Part shown: positions 26,613-36,670 of the stretch, piece after piece
Numbering within the stretch: position 1 is the first letter of the stretch
How the letters are laid out: every line of letters begins with the position of its first letter
Source: Mobula hypostoma
Taxonomy: Eukaryota
Reading direction: 5' to 3'
Assembly (NCBI RefSeq): GCF_963921235.1
Contig: NC_086097.1
Location: 85,190,001 to 85,254,000, forward strand
DNA length: 64,000 nt
Position numbers and translations under genes: made by a program
Notes under the pieces: model-generated
The model's input: only the letters and a program-made list of their open reading frames with translations
Databases searched by the model: none
Told to the model about the DNA's origin: nothing

Positions 26613-26648
26613 AGTCCTGACGAAGGGTCTCAGCCTGAAATGTCAACT
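26613..26648 (+). ncRNA. Minimal hammerhead ribozyme copy (mutated)
   Basis: AGTC-CTGACGA-AGGGTCTCAGCCT-GAAA-TGTC-AACT. Confidence 0.7.
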
Positions 26649-27076
26649 GTACCTCTTCCTAGAGATGCTGCCTGGCCTGCTGCGTTCACCAGCAACTTTT
26701 ATGTGTGTTGCTTCAAATTCCAGCATCTGCAGATTTCCTCGTGTTTGCGAGTTTAAATTAGCATCATGGTCAACACAACATTGGGGGCTTGTTCCAGTGC
26801 TGTGCTGTTCTAAGCTACCGTCATCTCCACTGACTTTATTCTAGCTCATTTCATATGTTTGCAATGCTCATCGCCCATCCCAAGATGGCTACCACATCCC
26901 TTTCATGGTGGACAGTACCTGCAGTTGCACCTCTCTTTTTCTGGTGACTTACAGCAATTTCCAGTTTTCTTTTCCTCTCTACAGGAACTAAAATAGAAGT
27001 ATTTCACTGAAATGTTGCACAGTTTACTTGTGTGACTGCCACAGCTGAACAGTTCCAAATATGCACATGCTGTGCA

Positions 27077-27236
27077 TGGGATACTCAGCAAATTCTACGT
27101 TTGTGTTGAATATGAAGAGTGACTCCAGATGACGGGAGGTTGTGAGGGAGACAGACATTGTGATGCTGTGAGAAGTGCCTGAGGCTGGTGTATTTTGGAA
27201 TGTAGCATTTGAAGATTTCCTTAGCTGATCTTAGCT
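27077..27236 (+). repeat. Left copy of the ~160 bp direct repeat flanking the Hero element
   Basis: Matches 39373-39533 with 4 substitutions and 1 indel. Confidence 0.95.
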
Positions 27237-28917
27237 GTGTACATACTTCTACTGATGCCTCTGGACACGTCTTCAGTGATGTTACTGGAATCATTGGGTG
27301 TTTCAGGTCTTTCAACATCATACAACCTCCTCCAGGTGACCCAGCCGGGGCTGATCAGACCCCAGCTTGTGTCCAGATGGCTAGCTACTTATGACTCCAT
27401 GGCTCCCCTCTTTTGAGCCACAGCCACCTTGAGGCCCTCTCTGCCGCATCGGTGGTACTGCGGATGGCTCTCCTCTTCCTCTCTCCCTCGATGCCCAAAA
27501 TGCTGAAGGTTTTGGCTAAGGAATGGGCTGTGAATCCCCTACAACCAACCTCCACTGGGAGACACCTCACTCTCCATCCAGCCTGCTGACAGTTGCTGAC
27601 CAGTCCTGCGTACTTGGAGAGCTTCCTTTCAAAGGCCTCCTCCAAGCTATCTTCCCATGGGACTGTCAGCTCCAGCAACACCACTTGCTTAGTAGACTCA
27701 GACACTAGGACAATGTCTGGTCGCAGGGTGGTGGCTGCGATATGGTTGGGGAACTTCAGCTGCCCTTCGAGGTCCACCAACAGCTGCCAGTCCCTTGCAG
27801 AGGTCAGAATGCCTGCAGATGTTCTTTTGGCAGGTATTGGCTGCTCCCCAGCTCTGACAAAGGCAATGGTCTGCTTGGAGGGTCGGGACCGCTTTGTCCA
27901 CTCAACTCCTGTGCTGACGGCTTCAGCAATGGTCTTCAGGACCCGATCATGCCTCCACCTGTACTGTCCCTCACCAAGTGCCCTTGCGCAGCCGCTGAGG
28001 ATGTGCTCCAGGGTTCCTCGCTTGGAGCACAGTGGGCACGCAGGTGACTCTGCCTTGCCCCATGTGTGCAGGTTTGATGGGCTTGGAAGCACATCGTACA
28101 CTGCCTGGATGAGAAATTGGATGCGGTGTGGTTCGGCTTTCCAAAGATCAGCCCAGGTCACTTTCCTCTCAACCGCATTCTCCCATCTTGTCCAAGCTCC
28201 CTGATGCTTCATTCCCACCGCCTTGCAGGTTCTCACCTCCTCCTGAACTAGACGACGCCTTTCCTTCCCTCTGGTGTCCATTTGGGGAGTTTTAAAGGAT
28301 CCTAGCCCAGCTCGGCCTTGTGTGACCACTCCCACCAGCCTCCTGTGACGCAGCCTCGCCTCTCCCTCCTGAACAGCTTCCTCTGCCCTCCACTTCCTGC
28401 CAGTCCTCACTTGGATCCCTGCTCTAGCCACCTTCGGGTCACTTGAGTCCCTATACTGTAGCACTTCTCTGGCTCTTGTTACCTTGAATTCCTCCTCCAA
28501 GGATTTGAAGGGCAGTTTCAGTTTGTTGTGGTGTCCATAGAGTGCGATGCTGCTCAGGCTCTTTGGCAGCCCCAGCCATCTCCTGAGGTGGTTGCTAACC
28601 CTCCTCTCTAACGTTTCGACTGTTGAGATCGGAACTGCATAGACGAGGAGGGGCCACAGGATTCTGGGAAGAATGCCATGCTGATACACCCAGGCTTTAA
28701 ATTTCCCAGGTAGGCCAGACTTGTCCACAGATTTCAGCCAGCCTTCCAACTCGGTGCAGGTCGCCTGGATGGATGTCATGTCCCTTAAAGAGCTGTCAGA
28801 AACTTTGCCTAAGCTCTTGACTGGCTTTTCTGTGATGGTTGGGATGGCTGTGCCTGCGATGCTGAACTGGAACTTGTTCTCCACCTTCCCCTTCCTCAGC
28901 ACCATCGATGTTGATTT

Positions 28918-29139
28918 CAAAGTTGCTGGTGAACGCAGCAGGCCAGGCAGCATCTCTAGGACGAGGTACAGTCACAGGTAAGATCACTAGCTCTTCTTTT
29001 AGTTAGTCCTGACAAAGGGTCTCGGCCCGAAACGTCGACTGTGCCTCGTCCTAGAGATGCTGCCTGGACTGCTGCGTTCACCAGCAACTTTGATGTGTGT
29101 TGCTTGAATTTCCAGCATCTGCAGATTTCCTCGTGTTTG
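28918..29139. mobile_element. 222 bp Penelope pLTR-derived hairpin inserted in Hero
   Basis: 28918-28973 is the reverse complement of ~29037-29092. 15 bp TSD CATCGAT(G/C)TTGATTT at 28903-28917 and 29140-29154. Confidence 0.9.
29005..29040 (+). ncRNA. Minimal hammerhead ribozyme copy with a core G-to-A change
   Basis: AGTC-CTGACAA-AGGGTCTCGGCCC-GAAA-CGTC-GACT. Confidence 0.7.
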
Positions 29140-31533
29140 CATCGATCTTGATTTGGCTGGTTTGAAATGCATCCGGGCCCACTCCACCAGCTTTTCGAGC
29201 CCCTGGCAGCCTGGGACTGATTCTGTGTTGACTGCGAGGTCATCCATGAATGCCCTGATAGGTGGTTGCCGTTGAGCGGAATTCATTCTGGGCCCTCTGC
29301 ACTCTGGTTCAGCAGACTTAGTGAGCATGTTCATGGCTAGGGAGAACAGTGTCACTGAGATAGTGCACCCTGTGATGATGCCGACCTCCACCTTGTGCCA
29401 GGTTGATGTAATTGCTGCTGAAGAGACCCTCATCCTGAAGTTGCTGTAATAATCAGCGATAAGGTCTCGGTTTCTGCTGGGGACGGGATGTTTGGTCAGT
29501 GTGAGCTGCACCAGCTTGTGCGGAATGGAGCCATATGCATTTGCCAGGTCGAGCCACAACACTGACAGGTTGCCCTTGTTCTCTCTGACTTCCCTGATGA
29601 GCTGTGTCACCACACCGATGTGCTCCAGACAGCCCGGCATCCCTGAAATACCACCTTTCTGGACTGATGTATCAATATAGGTGTTCTTTGCTAGGTAGGT
29701 GCACAGCCGATTGGAAACTGCACTGAAGAAGATCTTCGCCTCGACACACAGCAGGGAGATGATGCGAAACTGATCTATCTGGGTGGCATTTTCCTCCTTC
29801 GGGATCCACACCCCTTCAGCCACTCTCCACTGTTCTGGGATCTTCCCCCTTCTCCAGAAGATTCTCAGGATCTTCCACAGACGCAGCAGGGGTTTGGGGC
29901 AGTTTTTTTTTTATTAATTTTTTTCTGCGTTTCTACACTATAGCTACAGAAAAAAAACATCAATAAAATGGAGATTTATACAGAGCAAAACAAACATGTC
30001 CAATATATAGTTCATAACAATAAAGAAAAAGCACCCAAAATAAACTCATGTAAGATTAACCTCCCACTAAAAAAAACCCCAGGCCAACCATTTCTGTGTA
30101 TAAAAGAAAAACATAATCGGAGCACTCGACCCCACAGAGCTGTAAATATATATATAAAAAAGAAAACATAATGCCGACTACCAAAACTATAATGTAATTC
30201 ACAACAAAAAACCATAAAACCTACAGGAAAAAAAGCTGAAGGTAAGGGATTGTAGTACAAAAAAAGGGATGGACTTAATCTAAAGAGGAGTTATGAAAGT
30301 ATTCAGGAAAAGGTCCCCACACCTTTTGGAACTTTATGTCCGAATTGAGAATTGAGTAATGAATCTTTTCAAGGTCTAAACGGGACATAATATTACTAAG
30401 CCATTGAGCGTGAGTGGGTGGGGCAGCATCTTTCCACCTCAGAAGAACTAACCATCTAGCCAAGAGAGAGGCAAAAGATAATGTTCGACGTTTAGTCGGA
30501 CTCAGGTGCATGTCTACTTCACTCAAGATGCCAAAAAGAGCAATCAGAGGGTTAGGTTCGAAGTGGCAATTAAGAATATGGGATAAGGTTGAAAAAAACT
30601 TCTCTCCAGAATTTCTCTAGACTAGGACAGGCCCAGTACATATGGATAAGAGAAGGCTCACCCCCTTTACCCTTATCACAAACGGGACTAGTGTCAGGAT
30701 AAAACTGCGATAATTTAGTTTTAGACATGCGAGTCCTGTGTACAACCTTAAACTATAAAAGGCAGTGGCGAGCACACAGAGAGGTTGAGTTCACTGACTT
30801 AAGAATTGAATCCCAAACCACATCAGATAAGGAGATATTTAAATCATTTTCCCAAGCAATTCTAATTTTATCGAAAGGGGCACACCTCAAGATCACTAAC
30901 TTATCCCGAATAACAGCTATTAAACCTTTACCCAATGGATTGATACAAAGAAACAAATCCAGAACATTTTTCTCAGGCTTCTCAGGAAAGTTTGATATTA
31001 AGGGTTAATGAAATGTTTAATTTGAAGATGTCTAAGGAAATGAGTATTAAGTAGGTTAAACTTTACAGACAGTTGTTGAAAAGTTGTAAAACGATTACCT
31101 ATGAAAAGATCTTTAAAACGCCTAATACCCTTTCTGTACCAATCATAAAATGTTGAATCCTTCATGGAAGGTAGGAAAAGATGATTTTGTAAAATAGGGC
31201 TGGAGAGAGAGAAACCATGAAGGCCGTTATATTTTCTGAACTGTGTCCATATTCTCAGAGTATGTCTAATAAGAGGATTAACAATTAGTCTAGACAAATG
31301 ACAGGGAACTGCGGATCCAAACAGTGCAGAAATGGAAAGATCCTTACGAGAATTCAACTCCATTGACACCCATTTTGGGCAGTCAGACTGATTATGAAAG
31401 AAAGACCAAAAGGTAAGGCAGTGAATATTGGCTGCCCAGTAATAAAAACGAAAATCGGGCAAGGCCATACCATCTTCCCTTTTAGGTTTTTGAAGATGAA
31501 CTTTATTAAGTCTGGGCCGTTTGCCCTTCCATA

Positions 31534-32218
31534 TGTAGCCCCCTGGTAGGCCTCGGGCTCACTCAACTCACTTTCGTCTAAGGGAAGCAGCCTTCAGCCC
31601 CTCCAAACTGGGTAATCAAGTTTGTGTGGATGCTGTGTGATGTACCCCACCCCGCCAAATAACAGACAATACACCATATACGATTAAATGATTACACTTT
31701 ATAGATATTATTGGAACTATATGATTAATAGAGATAAAATATAAAAGGAAAGTAAAAGGCGCCAAACTTATCAAAGTTCAACCTCTTCGTGGAGGTTGGA
31801 GCTCTAGTAACAGGGTCAGCTTTCCACCATTCGATCCCCTCTGACCACCTCGACCCGCTGCCTGGGACCAACCACAGTGGTCGACCAGACGCTCCACACC
31901 AGTCTGTTGTCGTCTCCTCTCCTTGCCGAAGACCCTGGACCTCGAACTCCGGCTTCGGGTCCGACCAGCCGGCCAGCTCACAACATCGCATCCACCCTCT
32001 CTCTCCCCATCGCGCCTTCTGCCCAAAAACCCACGCATCACAATAGCTTACAGACACACAAAAAAGAATAACATCTATCCCAATTGGTTAGCAACTGAAT
32101 ACAACTCTTTCTATAATCCAAACAAGCTGCTAGCGAGAGAACTTTCTCAGCAGTTAACATAACAAAGAAGCCATTTTAATTAGCCTACAGAGTAACATAA
32201 AAGAAGAAAACCCTTACA
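31534..32218 (-). mobile_element. Solo LTR (685 bp) inserted in L1 ORF2
   Basis: TGTAG...TTACA termini and a 4 bp TSD CATA (31530-31533, 32219-32222). Removing it restores L1 IISSYLWKGKRPRL. Strand is inferred. Confidence 0.88.
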
Positions 32219-35167
32219 CATAGATAGGAGGAAATAATAGAATCTAACGCATCAAAAAAAGCTTTAGAAATAAAAATTGGTAAAGATTGAAATAGATACA
32301 AAAATTTAGGAAGGATATACATTTTAATAACATTAATTCAACCTACAACAGACATGGACAAGGGTGACCACTGTGTCAGATTCTGTTTTGTAGAGTTTAG
32401 ATGACTGGTAAAATTTTTTCGAAAAAGATTCTTAAAGTTCCTTGTTACTGTAATACCAAGGTAAGTGAGTTAATTGTTAACTACTTTAAAAGGGAGGTCA
32501 TGGAATATTAATGCTTGGCTTCTCTATTGATCGGAAAGAGTTTGCTCTTGTGTAAATTAAGTTTATAACTGAAAAGCTATAATTAATTAAAATTTATTAA
32601 GGAGTGAAAACATTGGGGGTAAGGAGGTAGTCGGATTTGATATAAAAAGTAAAAGATCATCAGTATAAAGAGAAACTTTATGCGCAACACCCCCTCTCCA
32701 AATCCCCATCAATTCAAAGCAGCTACGAAACGCAATCGCCAATGGCTCTATGGCCACATCAAAAAATAAGGGACTTAAAGGGCATCCTTGACGGGTGCCA
32801 CGTTTAAGGCTGAAAGACTGGGATTGTTGAGAGTTGGTCAAAACAGAAGCAGTGGGACATAAATGTAACAATTTAATCCATGTAATAAATCTTCGTCCAG
32901 AATCAAATTTTTCTAAAACCGCAAAAAGGTAATTCCATTCCACATGATCGAACGCTTTCTCCGCATCAAGAGAAATAACACATTCAGGAGTCCCAATTGA
33001 GGGTGAATATAAGATATTAAATAAGCGACGTATATTGAAAAAGGGAAGGCGATTTTTAATAATACCAGTTTGATCTGCAGAAATAATAGAGGGTACAATG
33101 TTCTCTAATCTACAAGCCAAAACTTTCGCCAAAATTTTAACATTGACATTTAACAAAGAAATCAGCGTATACAAAGAACACTCTGTCGGATCTTTATCTT
33201 TTTTGGCTAAAAGAATGATACGTGCCTCGTTAAGTGATGCTGGCAATTTACCGTGTTTAAATGAATCAGATAGAACTAAAAATTATTGAGACAAAAGCAG
33301 TGAAGAAAATGATTGATAAAATTCTACAGAAAAGCCATCAGGTCCAGGAGATTTACCCCACTGCAATGCAGAGATGGCAGATGATATTTTCTCTAGTGAT
33401 AATGGCTCATTGAGTTTTGCTTTCGGAGGAGAGCGAAGGAATATTTAAACTGTTTAAAAAATGCTCAACAGAGATACTATCATTTAAAGATTCAGAGGTA
33501 TAAAGTCGAGAATAATAGTTCTTAAATGTATCATTAATATCAGAATGATTCGAAATAATGTTCCCATTTCCCATTCAAATTTTTGTAATTTGTTGTTTAG
33601 CTTTAGAGCGTCTTAGTTGGTTAACTAAACTCTTAACCGGACTTATCCCCATGAATATAAAATTGACTCTTACTTTCAAGAAGTTGGCGTTCAACTGGCC
33701 GAGTGGAGATGAGGTCAAACTTAGATTGAAGTTCTACTCACTTCTTATACAGTTCGGGATTTTTGTTAGGGGCATATAATTGGTCTGTTGCTTTAATTTG
33801 ACTAATCAAGTCTAATCGCTCTAAATATGTCTTTCTTTTCCGATTCGCAGTATATGAAATTATTTGACCCCTCAAATATGCTTTCATAGCATCCCAGACA
33901 ACCTGGGATGAGATTTCAGATGACATGTTAGTACTTTAAAAAAAAAGTTATCTGGTCCTTCATAAATTTTACAAAATCATTATCTGACAATAAGGTCGGG
34001 TTAAAACACCAACGCTTATTCATTTGAGGAAAACCAGGGAAATTTATGGACAGAGTAACAGGGGCATGATCAGAAACCAATATACTCTGATAATCACAAT
34101 AATCAATTATAGTAAAAGTATGAAGGACATGTGAAAAAAAGGAATAATCTCTCTCAGTAGGATGGAAAAAAACACCACACATCAGAGATATCATAATTAG
34201 AAAGGAAAGAGTGAATAGATAGAGCAGATTTACTCCTCCTCCTCCTCATCTAGGGAGTCTAGGAACAGAGGAGGATCGATCCAATACTGGATCTAACCAA
34301 CAATTAAAATCACCACCCAATATGAGGGAATATAAACTCAAGTCAGGCAATAAAGAGAAAAAAACGATCACAAAAGTCCACATCATCTGAGTTGGGAGCA
34401 TAGAGGTTAGCCAAGACTACCCTATTATTAAACAATTTCCCAGAGACTATAATAAAACGACCATTTGTATCCGATACTTTGTTGTGAAGCTCAAAGGGAA
34501 CATTCTGATTAATAAGGATCGAAACCCCCCTGGTTTTAGCTGGAAAAACAGAATGGAAGTGCTGTCCCACCCACCTAGACATAAGGCGAAAGTTATCAAA
34601 ACCACAAATATCTGTTTCTTGCGAAAAAGCAATGTCAGCTTTGAGCTGCTTGAGATGTGAAAACACCTTCCTTCTTTTAACAGGATGGTTCAATCCCTTA
34701 ACATTCCAGTTTATTAGATTCAATGGGCTAACCGTTGTCATATAAAAAAGCATAAAGGGTAGTAGGCATAAATAGGAACAAACATTCAAGTAACAGCTCT
34801 GGGGCAAAGGTATAAGACAAGAAAATCAGGACAAAAAAAAGTCCTGAGTAACAAAGAATAACTAAGGGTTGTATAAATAGTGTTGGTGCTAGGGAACCCT
34901 CCCCCCACTCTAATCCAAAAGCAAGAAAGCTACCAAAGAACAGCAGCAAGCTCTTCAGAAAAAAACTATCCCTAACCCCAACTTCCAGTTTCTGAATATC
35001 TTCATAAGCTCCATTTAATTAACAGTTCATAAAAAAACAGAGAATTTATGCACTACGAATTAAAATTGTACATAAAGAAAAAAAGAAACGGTATCATCAA
35101 AGAGTATTAGACTTAACTCAACGTAATAATCCAGAGTACCATACCCGTGAAAAACTATAAAAAAGAA

Positions 35168-35505
35168 TTCAGTAATTAAAAATTTAGTTTAAAAAGAAAA
35201 CAGGGAAAAAAACCCTAAGAGAGAAAAAAAAGGTACTGATCGGCCATTTTAAATAATTAAATCAAGTCTGAAGGAGTCGCCATGGCAGGGAGACTTTCGA
35301 TAAATTTCTGAACTTCTGTAACAGAGTTAACCCATTTTCAGTAATTTAAAAATTTAATTTAAAAAGAAAACAAGGAAAAAACCAAAGAGAGAAAAAAGTA
35401 CTAATCAGTCATTTTAAATAATCAAATTGAGTCTGAAGGAGTCGCAATGGTAGAGAGACTTTGGATAAATTCCTGAGCTTCTGTAACAGGGTTGAACCAT
35501 TTTTT
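35168..35505. repeat. Diverged ~170 bp tandem duplication at the L1 ORF1 end and inter-ORF spacer
   Basis: Two copies of cagtaatt...gtctgaaggagtcgc...cttctgtaacag...ccatttt. Confidence 0.85.
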
Positions 35506-36243
35506 GTCCCCAATAGAAAAAGTTATTCGGAGACGGGCAGGATAACGCAGAGAGGGCCTGAATCCACGATTGTAGAACTCTTTCATAACAACTTTGTACT
35601 CGGCGCGCAGCCTCAAAACTTGAGGAGCATAATCTTCAACAATACGAATGGAATGATCCTTATAATGCAATTTTCCTCTCCGACATGCTTCCATAATCAA
35701 AAGGTTTTTCACCTGATATCGATGAAAACTGAGTATAACTGGGGGTGGCCTAGAGCCTAACTCGGGCTTGGCCAGAAATAAATGGTGAACGCTGTCTAGC
35801 TCAGGTAAAGTCGGAAGAGTATCTTTCCCAAAAATCTCACAAAGTAAAGAAGAAAAAAATTCAACAGGAGATCTGCTTTCGATAGCCTCTGGCAGACTGA
35901 AGATTCGTAAATTATGCCTTCTGCTCCGAGCTTCGAGATCAGTCATTTTAGATAATAACTTGGTGTTACACTCACTCAGATTAGAACAAACAGCTTCCAG
36001 CTGCTGAACATGACATTTTAAATCTTCGGTTTCTGAGTCAAGATGAGAGAGACGTACAGCATGATCCTCCACTTTGGAGTTAATTTGATCCAATTTTGAC
36101 TCCAACAAACTAAAATAAGACATATTCAGACTTAAATTGAGATATAATCTCCTGTCGGTGCTGATCCAAAATGGCAATAAGTCGGTAGAGGAGCCGGAGA
36201 CAGTGACTTCTTTTTTCCCAGATTTAGAGGGCTTGAAAGCCAT
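35422..36243 (-). CDS. L1 ORF1p (273 aa, open frame)
   Basis: Coiled-coil followed by DLEARSRRHNLRIFSLPE, IRIVEDY and LRYPARLRI, typical L1 ORF1 motifs. Confidence 0.85.
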   Translation of the reverse strand: MAFKPSKSGKKEVTVSGSSTDLLPFWISTDRRLYLNLSLNMSYFSLLESKLDQINSKVEDHAVRLSHLDSETEDLKCHVQQLEAVCSNLSECNTKLLSKMTDLEARSRRHNLRIFSLPEAIESRSPVEFFSSLLCEIFGKDTLPTLPELDSVHHLFLAKPELGSRPPPVILSFHRYQVKNLLIMEACRRGKLHYKDHSIRIVEDYAPQVLRLRAEYKVVMKEFYNRGFRPSLRYPARLRITFSIGDKKWFNPVTEAQEFIQSLSTIATPSDSI

Positions 36244-36670
36244 TGTAGGACAGGTGTATTCTCAGGCAGGTAGGAGAACAAAAAAAAAAATTAGCATTTT
36301 GGGGTAAAAAAAAGAAGATAAGAGGTGCAGAGGTAAGAAATGAAACAGAGCGCCAATTTTAAGCGATTAACCTATCACCATCTTACCGGAAGTCACAGGA
36401 CAGTTCTTGTACACTTTGTACAAGGTGTTGTTTGGTCCTGGAGCCGAGCTTGCCCTTGCTTTGTGGACGACCTCTCTGACTTCCTTTAGCTGCAGCTCTG
36501 ACATGTCGAACTTCACATCTGGTTCAGTGGGGTCTATTAGGATGTTGCACTCTCCCAACTCCTGCTGTCTTTCAGGATCACTGTATATCTTCTTCAGATG
36601 TTGGTTTATGTCTTCCTGCAAACAGGCCAATTTCCCACTGTGCTTCTGCCCTGGCAACTCCTTGGTGAAC

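Larger units (their letters stand above)
24998..26749. mobile_element. Penelope-like element (Neptune-type GIY-YIG) with two inverted arms
   Basis: Minus arm 24998-25990 and plus arm ~25993-26749 both encode the GIY-YIG C-terminus (YIGETRRRLGDRF..EH..HFN..LEEQHLIFRLG). TSD AGT(G/T)TAAATTA at 24987-24997 and 26750-26760, inside a CR1 3' UTR remnant. Confidence 0.9.
29905..36397 (-). mobile_element. Full-length L1-clade LINE (fish-type), ORF2 disrupted
   Basis: 5' end GTGACTTCCGGTAAGATGG; ORF1; ORF2 pieces NWNVKGLN, SQET, NLYAPN, SDHAP, SLDAEKAFD, GTRQGCPLSP, LYTDD; AATAAA plus poly(A) at ~29905-29920; TSD GG(G/A)CAGTT at 29897-29904 and 36398-36405. Confidence 0.92.

Noticed and set aside
27385..28953. 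522 aa ORF as a standalone gene
   Set aside because: It is the Hero C-terminus; its apparent N-terminus comes from the Penelope insert.
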